A DNA stretch of 64,000 nt from an uncultured Gammaproteobacteria bacterium (lineage in GTDB: Bacteria; Pseudomonadota; Gammaproteobacteria; JAURND01): the NCBI GenBank assembly GCA_963714975.1, contig CAVQQD010000003.1:288001-352000 (forward strand), in the 5' to 3' direction. The translations under genes were made by a program, and so were the position numbers. Shown here one piece after another: positions 21,946 through 33,306 of this stretch. Position 1 is the stretch's first letter. Every line of letters begins with the position of its first letter. The notes below the pieces were generated by a model. That model saw only the letters and a list, made by a program, of their open reading frames with translations, had not been told where the DNA came from and searched no databases.

Positions 21946-23831
21946 TGTATATTGAACTTTTAACCACCATTCAAAGTCCTGCCGACCTGCGGAACCTGTC
22001 TGAAGATCAATTGCCGGAATTGGCACAAGAATTGCGCACCTTTATTTTTTACAGCTTGAATCAATGTGGCGGGCATTTTGCGGCGAGTTTGGGCGCCGTA
22101 GAGCTCACCATTGCGCTGCATTATTTATTTAATACTCCCGAAGACCGGATTATTTGGGATGTGGGGCATCAAGCCTACCCACACAAAATTTTAACTGGCC
22201 GTGCTGATCAATTATCTACAATCCGTTTGACGGATGGATTAGCACCTTTCCCCAGTCGTGAAGAAAGCGTATTTGATTGTTTTGGTACTGGCCATTCTTC
22301 AACTTCGATTAGTGCAGCTTTAGGAATGGCGATTGCGGCACGTCTGCAAAAAACCGGGCGGTCAGCCGTGGCCGTGATCGGGGATGGCGGTTTGACCGGT
22401 GGAATGGCTTTTGAGGCTTTAAATCATGCGGGTAGCATCGATGCCGATTTGCTGGTGGTATTGAATGATAATGAAATGTCAATTTCCAAGAACGTTGGCG
22501 CTTTAACTAATTATTTATCCCGAATTTTATCCAGTAAAGTCTATTGTCATTTTCGTGAGGGTAGTAAAAAAGTTTTGGCGCATCTACCTTCTATGAAGGC
22601 TTTGGCCAAACGTACGGAGGCGCATTTTAAAGGGATGATTACTCCGGGAACTTTATTTGAAGAATTGGGCTTCCACTATTTTGGGCCAATTGATGGTCAC
22701 GATTTAAATAGGCTGTTACCGATGTTGCGCAATATCCGGGAATTAAAAGGGCCTACGTTATTACATGTGATCACAGTAAAAGGCAAGGGCTATCTCCCGG
22801 CGGAAGCCGATCCAGTGGAATACCATGCAGTAAAACCCGGGTTTTATGCGCAGCCAGCGGCATCCGCAGTCACTGTCACTGCACCCAAACCCAAAACTTA
22901 CTCTGAAGTATTTGGGCAATGGCTCTGTGATATGGCATTGCAAGAAGAGCGGTTAGTAGCCATTACTCCGGCCATGTGTGAAGGTTCTGGTATGGTGGCC
23001 TTTGCCCAACAATTTCCTGAACGCTATTTCGATGTCGGGATTGCTGAGCAGCACAGTGTTACTTTAGCCGCGGGTATGGCCTGTGAAGGTTTAAAACCGG
23101 TGGTAGCAATTTATTCTACTTTTTTACAACGTGCCTATGATCAATTAATCCATGATTGTGCTTTGCAAAATCTTGATGTGACTTTCGCGATTGATCGTGG
23201 TGGTTTAGTCGGTGGTGATGGGGCGACGCATAATGGCTGTTTTGATTTGAGTTACCTAAGATGTATTCCTAATCTGATCATTATGGCCCCGGCGGACGAA
23301 AATGAATGCCGGCAAATGCTTTACACAGCCTTCCAACATCCAGGGCCTAGCGCAGTGCGCTATCCTCGTGGGCATGGTCCAGGGATGGCTATTGATTCCA
23401 CCATGACAGCCATTCCGATCGGGCGGGGGGAAATTAAACGCCGAGGAAAGCGCATAGCCATTTTAGCCTTTGGCTCGATGTTAATCCCCTCGATGCAAGT
23501 GGGCGAGTCTTTAAATGCCACGGTAGTCAATATGCGTTTTGTAAAACCCTTGGATTACTCCTTACTGGATGCCCTGGTTGAGCAAGTTGATTTATTGGTA
23601 ACAGTGGAGGAAAATGTGCTTGCCGGTGGCGCAGGCAGTGCTGTGAATGAATATTTAGCCAGCACTGGAAAATCAATGCCTGTGCTCAATTTAGGCCTAC
23701 CAGATCAATTTATTGGCCATGGAAATCCTGCGGATTTACTGGTTGCTTGTGGTTTAGATCCTCAGAGTATTCAGCAACGAATTATGGAGTGCCGGATTTG
23801 TCGTTCCAGCATCAGCAAGGAGGATGTATAA
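21945..23831 (+). CDS. dxs: 1-deoxy-D-xylulose-5-phosphate synthase
   Basis: [20 protein letters not shown]...N and DVGIAEQH motifs. Confidence 0.97.
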   Translation: MYIELLTTIQSPADLRNLSEDQLPELAQELRTFIFYSLNQCGGHFAASLGAVELTIALHYLFNTPEDRIIWDVGHQAYPHKILTGRADQLSTIRLTDGLAPFPSREESVFDCFGTGHSSTSISAALGMAIAARLQKTGRSAVAVIGDGGLTGGMAFEALNHAGSIDADLLVVLNDNEMSISKNVGALTNYLSRILSSKVYCHFREGSKKVLAHLPSMKALAKRTEAHFKGMITPGTLFEELGFHYFGPIDGHDLNRLLPMLRNIRELKGPTLLHVITVKGKGYLPAEADPVEYHAVKPGFYAQPAASAVTVTAPKPKTYSEVFGQWLCDMALQEERLVAITPAMCEGSGMVAFAQQFPERYFDVGIAEQHSVTLAAGMACEGLKPVVAIYSTFLQRAYDQLIHDCALQNLDVTFAIDRGGLVGGDGATHNGCFDLSYLRCIPNLIIMAPADENECRQMLYTAFQHPGPSAVRYPRGHGPGMAIDSTMTAIPIGRGEIKRRGKRIAILAFGSMLIPSMQVGESLNATVVNMRFVKPLDYSLLDALVEQVDLLVTVEENVLAGGAGSAVNEYLASTGKSMPVLNLGLPDQFIGHGNPADLLVACGLDPQSIQQRIMECRICRSSISKEDV

Positions 23832-23853
23832 AACTACCAAGAGAGTAATTAAA

Positions 23854-25314
23854 ATGAGTGATGAAAACAAATTAGAAGCTAAGCAAAAAAATGCCGATTT
23901 AGCTGTGTTTGCTGACATGCAACTATTTTCAAAATTTATGATCGAACCGTCGGCTTCTCTAGAAGACTCTAAGACCCGCGATTCGAAATTCAAATCTATC
24001 CCACATAACAATGATCAGAAAGGACTATCACCAGAATTGGCTCGAATACATAACTTATTTCGAAATGGCGTGTGGTATCTTAATGACAGAAATTTCCAAA
24101 AGGCTTTCCAGTCATTTTCAGAGGCTGCTAAAGAGGGGCATATGGGGGCGGCATGTGAGCTAGGAGGGATGTACCACTATGGCCGGGGAGTGGAAAAGGA
24201 TTGGTTAGCCGCATCAACATTATATGAATTAGCTTCCCGTGGAGGAAATAATTACGCAACATTTGAGTCAACATGGATCCGTATGAAACAAAAAGATGAG
24301 AATGAGCGGAGATATTACTCCACAGGAACGCGAGTATGGTGGGAGAAACTGCAAGACCTAGAGCCATTCTACCCCTACAACTACAATTATGGTCTGATAC
24401 AATTGCCAAAATCAAAAATTGATCAATTAAGCCCAGAAAAACTCTATGAGTGGGGGATGCATTATTTCAATTTAGAGCAGTACGATAAAGCTGTTGAGTT
24501 GTTTTCTATCGCTTATAACAAGAAGGGGGTGAGTGATCCGGGAGTAAGAGCCGCAGCTCAAGCTTTATGGCGGTGTTATAGGTATGGTCTGGGAGTGCCA
24601 AAAGATTTGGAACAAGCTAAGGAACATCTATCTTTAATAAAACCAAAACCAGCAGAAGCAGAGGAGTGGGGTAAAACTTATGCGAAACAAGGATGGTACG
24701 ATCATGCTTTTGAGATGTTTAGTTGTTACGCTGGTATTTCTTTAGACGGTCTATATATGAAGGGTAAAAGACATTTTGCTAAGGGTCAAAAACATTTAGG
24801 GTCTAAAGACTACGTTGAGGCTTTGATGTGGTTTTCCGTAGCTAGTCATCAGGGTCATAAAAAAGCACCCTTTTATTTAGCTCGCTTTTATGAACAAGGA
24901 ATTGGATGCGATAAGGATTATGCAGTAGCGTTTCGATGGTATAAGCAAGCTTATGAACGGGCTGAAGAACGGACAGATATTTCGCGAACAGCAGCGGCTT
25001 TAGCGCGGTGTTTTAAGAGAGGCTTGGGGGTGGAACAAAATTTTTCCAGTGCTGAGTATTACGCTGAACAAGCCGAACGCGCTTCTCAACAACTGCGTTC
25101 ACAAACTACCTCCTCCGCTCAGTCTTCCTCTCTAGCCTCGCAAAGCACTTCATCGTCACAGTCTGTGCAAAGTGTTTCATCCGCACTTTTAACTTATCCG
25201 GGTACACAATTTGCGCAGCCCCCTAGCCCTCCAAAGATTCAAACTGATACGAGACAAATTCTCTTGCAAAATAACAATGATCAGGTTGCAGGGAACCAGT
25301 GCACAAGGAAATAA
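23854..25314 (+). CDS. Sel1-repeat protein, copy 1
   Basis: Repeated LGxxYxxGxGVxKD motifs; Ser/Gln-rich tail. Confidence 0.85.
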   Translation: MSDENKLEAKQKNADLAVFADMQLFSKFMIEPSASLEDSKTRDSKFKSIPHNNDQKGLSPELARIHNLFRNGVWYLNDRNFQKAFQSFSEAAKEGHMGAACELGGMYHYGRGVEKDWLAASTLYELASRGGNNYATFESTWIRMKQKDENERRYYSTGTRVWWEKLQDLEPFYPYNYNYGLIQLPKSKIDQLSPEKLYEWGMHYFNLEQYDKAVELFSIAYNKKGVSDPGVRAAAQALWRCYRYGLGVPKDLEQAKEHLSLIKPKPAEAEEWGKTYAKQGWYDHAFEMFSCYAGISLDGLYMKGKRHFAKGQKHLGSKDYVEALMWFSVASHQGHKKAPFYLARFYEQGIGCDKDYAVAFRWYKQAYERAEERTDISRTAAALARCFKRGLGVEQNFSSAEYYAEQAERASQQLRSQTTSSAQSSSLASQSTSSSQSVQSVSSALLTYPGTQFAQPPSPPKIQTDTRQILLQNNNDQVAGNQCTRK

Positions 25315-25323
25315 AAATGCCAT

Positions 25324-25389
25324 AGGGCGTAGGAAGCGAATCTTTCACATCCTTATGAATTGGATCTCTGCATCCTGCAGGGGACGACG
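25324..25389. repeat. Family B element at the Sel1 duplication junction
   Basis: agggcgtaggaagcgaa...ggatctctgcatcctgcaggggacgacg matches 53233-53297. Confidence 0.75.
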
Positions 25390-25416
25390 TATAAAACTAT
25401 CATGAGGTAAATTAAA

Positions 25417-26681
25417 ATGAGTGATGAAAACAAATCAGAAGCTAAGCAAAAAAGTGCCGATTTAGCTGTGTTTGCTGACATGCAACTTCAGACGCTGCTA
25501 AAGAGGGGCATATGGGGGCGGCATGTAAGCTAGGAGGGTTGTACGCAGCTGGCAAGGGAGTGGAAAAGGATTCTTTAGCCGCATTAAATTTATATCAATT
25601 AGCTTTACGTGGAGGGAATAACTACGGATATGGTGGGTTCGCTGCTCTTTATCAAAACGGCGTTGCTGGGATGCGAAAAGATGAGAATGAGAGTAACTAT
25701 TACCTCCTAGAACAGTACCTATGGTGGATTAAAGTGCAAACCATAGAGCTAATCTCCCCCTACAACTACGATTATGGTTTGATACAATTGCCAAAATCAA
25801 AAATTGATCAATTAAGCCCAGAAAAACTCTATGAGTGGGGGATGCATTATTTCAATTTAGAGCAGTACGATAAAGCTGTTGAGTTGTTTTCTATCGCTTA
25901 TAACAAGAAGGGGATGGTGGTGGGGGTGAGTGATCCGGGAGTAAGAGCCGCAGCTCAAGCTTTATGGCGGTGCTATAGGGATGGTCTGGGAGTGCCAAAA
26001 GATTTGGAACGAGCTAAGGAACATCTATATTTAATAAAACCAGCAGAAGCAGAGGAGTGGGGTAAAACTTATGCGAAACTAGGATGGTACGATCGTGCTT
26101 TTGAGATGTTTAGTTACGCTAATATTTTTTTAGACGATCTATATCAGAAGGGTCAAAAACATTTAGGGTCTAAAGACTACGCTGAGGCTTTCGCGTGGCT
26201 TTCTGTGGCTAGTCGTCATAGTCATAAAAAAGCACCCTTTTATTTAGCTCAACTTTATGAACAAGGAAATGGATGCGATAAGGATTATGCAGCAGCGTTT
26301 CGATGGTATAAACAAGCTTATGAACGGGCTGAAGAACGGACAGATATTTCGCAAGCAGCAGAGGCTTTAGCGCGGTGTTTTAAGAGAGGCTTGGGGGTGG
26401 AACAAAATTTTTCCAGTGCTGACTATTACGCTGAACAAGCCGAATGCGCTTCTCAACAACTGCGTTCACAAACTACCTCCTCCGCTCAGTCTTCTTCTCT
26501 AGCCTCGCAAAGCGCTTCATCGTCACAGTCTGCGCAAAGTGTTTCATCCCCACTTTTAACTTATCCGGGTACACAATTTGCGCAGCCCCCTAGCCCCCCA
26601 AAGATTCAAACTGATACGAGGCAAATTCTCTTGCAAAATAACAATGATCAGGTTGCAGGGAACCAGTGCACAAGGAAATAA
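25417..26681 (+). pseudogene. Sel1-repeat protein, copy 2; a 193-nt 5' deletion shifts the frame (intact ORF from 25512)
   Basis: Near-identical to copy 1 but lacks the segment equivalent to 23925-24117. Confidence 0.75.
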
Positions 26682-26699
26682 CAATGCCATCCTGGTCTG

Positions 26700-27482
26700 C
26701 TACCAAGCAGTCACTTTCCCATCATAAGCATAAAAAGTTCCGGTTTCGGTGACGGTTGCAATGACCTGACGTATACCGCGAACGCTTTCTGCCACGCTCA
26801 AGGGAGCCGCGGTGCCCCCCATGTCAGTTCTAACCCAGCCTGGGTGAACCACTAACACCTGAATTCCTTGTGCTTGTACATCAAAGGCTAAGTTTTTCAT
26901 CAGGCAATTGCCCGCTGCTTTACTAGCTCGGTAACTGTAGCTAAATCCTCCGCTGATATTATCGTGGATACTCGCCAGATTACTGCTGATATAGATGATT
27001 TTTTTCTGCCGACTCATTTCCACCTGCGAAATAAAGGTTTTGGCAATTTCTACAGGAGCGATCGTATTGGTTAAATATAACTGCTCCAGCAATTCTCGCC
27101 TTATGTCACTGTAATGATGATCTTCTCGGCTGACGATACCGGCATTGAGAATTAACACATCAATCGGCATTTTACTGAGGGTTTTAGCTAAGGCAGCGAC
27201 TTGTTCTGGAACGATGACGTCGAGGGGATGAATGCTGAGATCAGGGAATTGAGCAGCCAGAGTATGCAGACTGATGGCTGATTCGGGTTGGCGGCAACTG
27301 GCCAAAACACGCCAGCCAGCTGCGGCATATTGCCTTGCTAGCTCTAAGCCAATGCCACGACTACTGCCAGTAATTAATACCGTGAATGGGGGGTTCAAGT
27401 CCCTTCTCCCACACCGCTTTTCTATGGGAGAAGGTGGCCGCAGGCCGGATGAGGGTGTATCCGATTGGCACTTTATTTCCAT
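26700..27482 (-). CDS. Short-chain dehydrogenase (C-factor/CsgA-like); start uncertain
   Basis: TGSSRGIG, LNAG, YRASK and HPGWVRTDMGG motifs. Confidence 0.9.
   Translation of the reverse strand: MEIKCQSDTPSSGLRPPSPIEKRCGRRDLNPPFTVLITGSSRGIGLELARQYAAAGWRVLASCRQPESAISLHTLAAQFPDLSIHPLDVIVPEQVAALAKTLSKMPIDVLILNAGIVSREDHHYSDIRRELLEQLYLTNTIAPVEIAKTFISQVEMSRQKKIIYISSNLASIHDNISGGFSYSYRASKAAGNCLMKNLAFDVQAQGIQVLVVHPGWVRTDMGGTAAPLSVAESVRGIRQVIATVTETGTFYAYDGKVTAW
27401..27457 (-). repeat. Family A REP-like unit at or within the SDR 5' end
   Basis: ccctcatccggcctgcggccaccttctccca is shared with 34276-34306. Confidence 0.8.
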
Positions 27483-27520
27483 TGATTGCGCTCATTGTCA
27501 TAGCTAGTTTGTTTCGTAGA

Positions 27521-29842
27521 TTAGGCTTCCTGAGGCGCCACATGTATCGTGACTGTATCACTATCTTCTTTTGTTGTTCCAGAAAAATCTTCCTTGTTAA
27601 GCCTTTTTTCTTCCGTTGGGGTTTGCAATGCAGCTAATGCTTTTGCATAATCAGCTTGATTTGCTAAATTCTCCACCTCTAAGTGATAGTTTGGATATCT
27701 TTTCTTATATTCCTTTGTCAGTTCCTGGTTCTGTTGATTGATTTGACATAATTTAATTAAAGCAAACACCAATAAAATCGTACTAACTCCGCATAAACCA
27801 ACGCCTGCATACAAACCTAAGCTGCCAATTGCTAAATTACTTATATCAAGCCCGCTATCAACAAGCGACAATCCCCCGGCTACGTAGCCTAAACTGGTGC
27901 CGAAAAATGCAGACTTACACCAAAACTTAGATCGCAATTGTAGATTAGGGATTGGGGCTATTAGCGTGTCAAGAGGGTAAACTAAAATTTTTTGTAGCTG
28001 CTCCAGTCCTGCATCCGATTGTTTTTTTTCAAGACATCGTACGCGCTCTTGCTGAATTATAAGAAACAATGCTTGTGATTTTTGTTTGCTAGTTTCCGGA
28101 AATATGAAAGATTTTGATACAATGGCCTCATCTAATGCAATAAAATCTTTAAAAATCTCATTTATATTTCGATACTCATTATTATTAGATGTTAGGTTGT
28201 TTCCCTTTAGAGTCTGCAAAAGAGTAGGTAATTTTGGAATTTCAGACTTTGGATTTTTCTCAATTAACTCAATAATTTCCTTGCGTCGTTTATTTAAGCT
28301 TCTAAAGGTGGCAGTGACGTCCAAGTGGGTAAACTTTGGTTTTCCTTTAGTCAAAAAATTAAAGACAAAATCTAAATTTTGATGAAATGACTGAAGCTGC
28401 TGATAAATTTCTTTATCAGCAGGTTGCAAAAGTAGGAAAGGGTCTTCGAGGGGTAATTTACGGGTAGTTAAGTATTGGTCATCAAGATATTCTTCTACCT
28501 CCAAGCGTTCTTCTACTTCTTCTTTAGTAATGGGACCCGTGTGGTCTTGGCGTGAATCCGAACTTGACTCTTTAGAATATTTTTTTTCCTCTTGCTGATC
28601 GTTGGTTGATTTATCTTTATTATTTTTAGGACAGTGATCCTCAACCAAATGATAAATGATTAAGCTTAAATCTTCTGGCGTGGGTTTAAAATCTGCTTTT
28701 TCATATTTTTGCTTTGCAAGATAGTTGCTCACATAATCTAGAGTTAAAATTTCTGGTTCGGGCTTGGATACTTGTTGATAAATTTCATTTGACCACTTTA
28801 CGATATCATCACAAATATCCCCACTAAAAAATTTAGGGTTGATTAGGGCCTCGCTAAGATCAGGCCGTTGCTGAGGATTTTCCTGGGTTAGGCTTTTAAT
28901 TAGCTCCATTAATCGGGTTAATCTGTCTCGGTCTTCTTTTGGTAGGTCTGAATTGGCTAATTGAGATGCTCTTTGCTTAAGCTTTTCTGCAACCATTGCT
29001 GATTTATTGGAAACTCCAATCGCTTGAAATTTTTGAGTACTTTTGATTCCCCAGGCTGGATGATTACGAATTAATTCAGCTAAGCTTTTGTATAGGATTA
29101 TTCCTAAGGAAAATACATCAGCTTTCTTTAGCTTTACCGGGTTTGATTCCAAGAGTTCCGGTGCAAAATAACTGGGTGAACCACACATTTTAACATCAGG
29201 GTTGGTTCCGTTTTCATTGACTCTGACAATAGTGCCAAGGTCACAATACTTGAAGTATAAAGAACCATGGTTGGTTTCGAAGACCAAAAGATTCTCAAAT
29301 TTTATATCACGATGAACCCTATTGTTTCGATGCAACTTATTTGTTAGTTTGATTAAGCTTTTAGCAATAGTTTCGACTGTGGCTAAGCTTAAAGTCTGCT
29401 TATCCATATAATCGAAAAAAGGTATTTTAGCCGCCAGAAAAATTTCTTGTCTAAATATTCCTCGAAACGTCGCCACTGTTTTATGTGCTAAAGGCCAGGC
29501 AATAGTATTCGCAGAGATGTTTTGGTCGGCGAGTTGTTGTTCTAACATTTCGGGTGAAAACACTGTTGATCGCCGGTGAAGACGCACCAAGGCAGCAGTT
29601 CTAGACCCTTTTTCTTCAGTGTTGTAGGGAATTCCCCGAAATTGACAGCTAATTTTTAGTTGTTCGCTTTGGATGCGGTCTACCTTCTGAACCTCGGCAC
29701 CCGTTTCCCCTTCAATTTCTTTCGCATCCTGAAATAAAGAGTTTATGCGTCTAGCATTGAAAGCTGGATTTGGCTTTACAGTTATGGGTTCTGACTGGGT
29801 TACGCGTTCTAGCCGTTCTAACTGTTGCAACTGTTCTAGCAT
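27521..29842 (-). CDS. Eukaryote-like Ser/Thr kinase-domain protein with C-terminal TM segments, paralog 1
   Basis: HRDIKFEN, DLG, GSPSYFAPE and KADVFSLG motifs. Confidence 0.85.
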   Translation of the reverse strand: MLEQLQQLERLERVTQSEPITVKPNPAFNARRINSLFQDAKEIEGETGAEVQKVDRIQSEQLKISCQFRGIPYNTEEKGSRTAALVRLHRRSTVFSPEMLEQQLADQNISANTIAWPLAHKTVATFRGIFRQEIFLAAKIPFFDYMDKQTLSLATVETIAKSLIKLTNKLHRNNRVHRDIKFENLLVFETNHGSLYFKYCDLGTIVRVNENGTNPDVKMCGSPSYFAPELLESNPVKLKKADVFSLGIILYKSLAELIRNHPAWGIKSTQKFQAIGVSNKSAMVAEKLKQRASQLANSDLPKEDRDRLTRLMELIKSLTQENPQQRPDLSEALINPKFFSGDICDDIVKWSNEIYQQVSKPEPEILTLDYVSNYLAKQKYEKADFKPTPEDLSLIIYHLVEDHCPKNNKDKSTNDQQEEKKYSKESSSDSRQDHTGPITKEEVEERLEVEEYLDDQYLTTRKLPLEDPFLLLQPADKEIYQQLQSFHQNLDFVFNFLTKGKPKFTHLDVTATFRSLNKRRKEIIELIEKNPKSEIPKLPTLLQTLKGNNLTSNNNEYRNINEIFKDFIALDEAIVSKSFIFPETSKQKSQALFLIIQQERVRCLEKKQSDAGLEQLQKILVYPLDTLIAPIPNLQLRSKFWCKSAFFGTSLGYVAGGLSLVDSGLDISNLAIGSLGLYAGVGLCGVSTILLVFALIKLCQINQQNQELTKEYKKRYPNYHLEVENLANQADYAKALAALQTPTEEKRLNKEDFSGTTKEDSDTVTIHVAPQEA

Positions 29843-29873
29843 AGTATTCCTGATTTAAGTTGAGTTGCTGAAT

Positions 29874-29906
29874 ATCATAGCAGACCGAGCTTAATGTTTT
29901 CTTAGT
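29874..29906 (-). promoter_or_regulatory. PmrA-like box plus -10
   Basis: ACTAAGAAAACATTAAG-10 nt-TATGAT. Confidence 0.55.
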
Positions 29907-30019
29907 GATTTATGAGTCAACGCGGAGGGCATCTAAAGGGCTGCGATGAGTTATAAATATTCGCTTTATACCTCAGAATAGTTCAAAATCATGAGTTATA
30001 AATCGAGGATGTATAACTC

Positions 30020-30744
30020 ATGATTTGGAATTGGCAACAGAAAGACTGGCCGCATTTTGCATGGTCAAAAACGGCTCTTGAAGATTTGGAGGGACAGTTT
30101 TTGCGTCAGTCCGGGGTTTTTGTTGGAGTTAGTCGACATTTAAGCCAAAAAGACCAAGCACTGCTGACGGTAAATATAATGACAGGTGAGGCTGTTAAAA
30201 CTTCAGAAATTGAGGGGGAATATCTCAATCGGAGCAGCATTCAGGCCTCTTTATGTCGCAATTTCGGGCTGGAAGTAGCCGATCAGCGAATTCCCGCAGC
30301 TGAACGTGGCATAGCCGACATGATGACTGATGCCTATCGGAATTTCTCTCAACCCCTCTCTCATGCGACGCTTTATAAGTGGCACAAATTACTGACCAGT
30401 GGTAGGCATGATTTGCAGGATATTGGTTGCTATCGTCATCATGAAGAGCCTATGCAGATAGTATCTGGCCCGATTGGGAAAAGAAAAATCCATTTTGAAG
30501 CCCCGCCGTCTAAAATTATTAAACAAGAAATGAATCGATTTATATCATGGTTTATTGAAACTGCCCCAACGGGAGAAAATCCGCTTCCTGAGGGTTTAAA
30601 GGTGAGTTAAGTGCAGAAAATTATATTAGTATTACTGGCGCTTCACGCGCTACAGCCACCCGAGATTTGCAAGATTTAGTGGAAAAAATGGTTTTAATAA
30701 AAAGGGGGCAGTTAAAAAGTACGCGGTATTATTTAAATTTGTAA
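30020..30744 (+). pseudogene. Fic/DUF4172 family pseudogene with the catalytic core deleted
   Basis: N-terminal WNWQQKDWPHF and TSEIEGE; no HPFxxGNGR; out-of-frame C-terminal ASRATATRDLQDLV...STRYYLNL. Confidence 0.8.
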
Positions 30745-30749
30745 TTGTC

Positions 30750-33161
30750 TTAGGTTAGAGTGGGGCTTTTTTCCTCGGCGGGCGGGGTTTGCAATGCTGC
30801 TAATGCTTTTGCATAATCAGCCAGATCGGGTAATGCTTTTTGCTGTGTGTGTCGTTCCTCATTATAGATTTTGGTTAGGTCTTGATTTTTCTGATTGATT
30901 ATACAGCACTTAATTAAAGCAATAACCAGTAAAATTGTGCTTCCTCCAAGTACCCCAATGCCCGCATACAAGCCTAGGCTACCGATTGCTAAATTGCTTA
31001 TATCAAGCCCGCTATCAGCAAGTGACAATCCTCCGGCTAGATAGCCTAAACTGGCGCCAAAAAATCCAGACTTACACCAAAACATGGATTGTAATTTTAG
31101 TTCAGGTGGGGTGATATTACAGTGGTAGGTTAGAATTTTTTGTAGCTGCACAAGCCCGTCAGTCGATTTGCCTTGTTGAACAAGCCGTTTTCTTTCTCTC
31201 TGAATTAAGTGAAATAATGCCGTCGAATCTTGTTTTCCAGGATTTTTTGGGTGGTCAATATTTTCTAGCGGGATGAGAGAGGGGGAGGTTGCTTGCAGTG
31301 TAATTTCCTCATCCAACTTGGTAAAATTTTTAAAAATAAGGCTTAAATTAGTATCATCAGCATTAGAGGTAAGCTGGTTGTCTTTTAAGCTCTGCAAGAG
31401 GGGAGTGAACTTTGGATTTTCAGATTGTGGTTTTTTTTCTAAGCTCTCCAAGCGGGTGATTAACTCTGAGTTGGGATTTTCCTCAATTAACGTAATGAGC
31501 TCCTTGCGCTGTTTATTAATGCTTCTAAAGGTAGCAATAACGTCCCGGGAGGTAAAATTTGGCTTACCGTTTGTCAAAAAATTACGGATAAAATCTAAAT
31601 TCAGATGAAATGACTGAAGCCGATGATAAATCTCATTATCCGCAAGTTCTAAGAGTAAAAAAGGGTCCTCGAGGGGTAATTTACGGGTAGTTAAATATTG
31701 GCCATTAAGATATTCATCTATTTCTAAGCGTTTTTCTATTTCTTCTTTAGTAATGGGACCAACTGGTTTTTTCGATAAATTCAAACTTGGTTTTATAGCA
31801 CGTTTTTTCTCCTCTAGCGGACCGCTGGTTGATTTATTCTTATTATTTTTAGGGCAGTGATCCTCAACTAAATGATAGATAATTAAGCTTAAATCTTCTG
31901 GCGTGGGTTTAAAATCTGCTTTTTTATATTTTACCTCTGCAAGATACTCTCTCACATCATCCACAGTTAAAGTGATTGGTTTCGGCAGGGTTACCTGTTG
32001 ATAAATGTCATTTGACCATTTTAGGATATCATCACTAATATCCCCATTAAAAAATTTAGGGTCGGAGAGGACGGTGCTGAGATCAGGTCGATGGCGAGGA
32101 TTTTCCTGGGTGAGGCTTCTTATTAGAGCTATTAATCGCGTTAAACTAGCTTGCTCCTCTGTGGATAGGGTACATTGCTCTTGTTGTGCTTGAGATTCTA
32201 TTTCTTTAAGAGACTCTGCAACAACTTGGCATTTATTACTGCCATCAGTCTTTGAAAATTTGGAAGTAACTTGAACTCCCCAGGCTGGATAGTGAGAAAA
32301 TACCGCAATTAAGCCTTGGTAGAGGGTCATCCCTAGGGAAAAGACATCAGCTTTGGGTAAGCTGGGTGGGAAAATTTGCAGTTGCAAAAGTTCTGGTGCG
32401 CAATATAGGAGTGTTCCAGCCTGGTTACTCGCGTTATTGGCTTCGACCATAGTCCCAAGGTCACAGTATTTGAGGTATTCAGTACCATTATTGGTTCGAA
32501 AAACCAAAAAATTCTCAGGCTTGATATCCCGGTGCACCCAGCCCTTTTGATGTAATCTGTTGGTTAGCGTGATCAGATGTTTAGCAATGAGTTCTAATGT
32601 GGATAAGCTCTTGATTTTTTTGTCAATATAATGAGATAAGTCAAATTCAGCTGCGACAAAAATTTCTTGTGAAATAAATTTTGTTTTTGTGATAGGAAGA
32701 TTCAAATCTTGAATTATCTGAGATTCATAAACTTCTGCAGTCCCAACTGCTCTATACGCTAAAGGCCAGGCAATAATATTGGCCGGCATGTTTTCGTTGC
32801 TTAATTGCTCTAGCGTCTTGAAGGATAACTGCGAATGTCGCTCAAGGCGCACCAGAGCAGAATTTTTCTCCCACACAAATTGGGTTTCTTCGTTAGATAG
32901 ATTTTCCTTGATTTCTTTAGTCTCTGCAGTTTCTTGGGTTGGATAGGGAATTCCGCGAAATTGCTGGCTAATTTTTAGTTGTTTGCTTTGGATGCGTTCT
33001 ACCTTTTTAACCTCGGAGCCCGTTGCCATTATATTTTCTTCCGCATTCTGAAATACAGAGGCTATCCAGCTAGCATTGAAATCTGGATTTGGTTTGACAG
33101 TAAGGGGCTTGTTCTGTGTTAAGCGTTCTAGCTGTTCTAACTGTTGTAACTTTTCTAGCAT
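30750..33161 (-). CDS. Eukaryote-like Ser/Thr kinase-domain protein with C-terminal TM segments, paralog 2
   Basis: HRDIKPEN, DLG, GTLLYCAPE and KADVFSLG motifs; colinear with paralog 1. Confidence 0.85.
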   Translation of the reverse strand: MLEKLQQLEQLERLTQNKPLTVKPNPDFNASWIASVFQNAEENIMATGSEVKKVERIQSKQLKISQQFRGIPYPTQETAETKEIKENLSNEETQFVWEKNSALVRLERHSQLSFKTLEQLSNENMPANIIAWPLAYRAVGTAEVYESQIIQDLNLPITKTKFISQEIFVAAEFDLSHYIDKKIKSLSTLELIAKHLITLTNRLHQKGWVHRDIKPENFLVFRTNNGTEYLKYCDLGTMVEANNASNQAGTLLYCAPELLQLQIFPPSLPKADVFSLGMTLYQGLIAVFSHYPAWGVQVTSKFSKTDGSNKCQVVAESLKEIESQAQQEQCTLSTEEQASLTRLIALIRSLTQENPRHRPDLSTVLSDPKFFNGDISDDILKWSNDIYQQVTLPKPITLTVDDVREYLAEVKYKKADFKPTPEDLSLIIYHLVEDHCPKNNKNKSTSGPLEEKKRAIKPSLNLSKKPVGPITKEEIEKRLEIDEYLNGQYLTTRKLPLEDPFLLLELADNEIYHRLQSFHLNLDFIRNFLTNGKPNFTSRDVIATFRSINKQRKELITLIEENPNSELITRLESLEKKPQSENPKFTPLLQSLKDNQLTSNADDTNLSLIFKNFTKLDEEITLQATSPSLIPLENIDHPKNPGKQDSTALFHLIQRERKRLVQQGKSTDGLVQLQKILTYHCNITPPELKLQSMFWCKSGFFGASLGYLAGGLSLADSGLDISNLAIGSLGLYAGIGVLGGSTILLVIALIKCCIINQKNQDLTKIYNEERHTQQKALPDLADYAKALAALQTPPAEEKSPTLT

Positions 33162-33195
33162 AAAATTCCTAAGGTTTTACGTTGAGTTGTTGAGT

Positions 33196-33228
33196 ATCAT
33201 AGCAGTTCAGGCTTAGTATTTTCTTAAA
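33196..33228 (-). promoter_or_regulatory. PmrA-like box plus -10
   Basis: TTTAAGAAAATACTAAG-10 nt-TATGAT. Confidence 0.55.
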
Positions 33229-33306
33229 GCTAGGTATTTAGATCAGGCAATGCGTTTGTTGGATGAGTGTATTGCTCAGCTAGCAGCTTTTTGCTATGGT
33301 TGCTCC

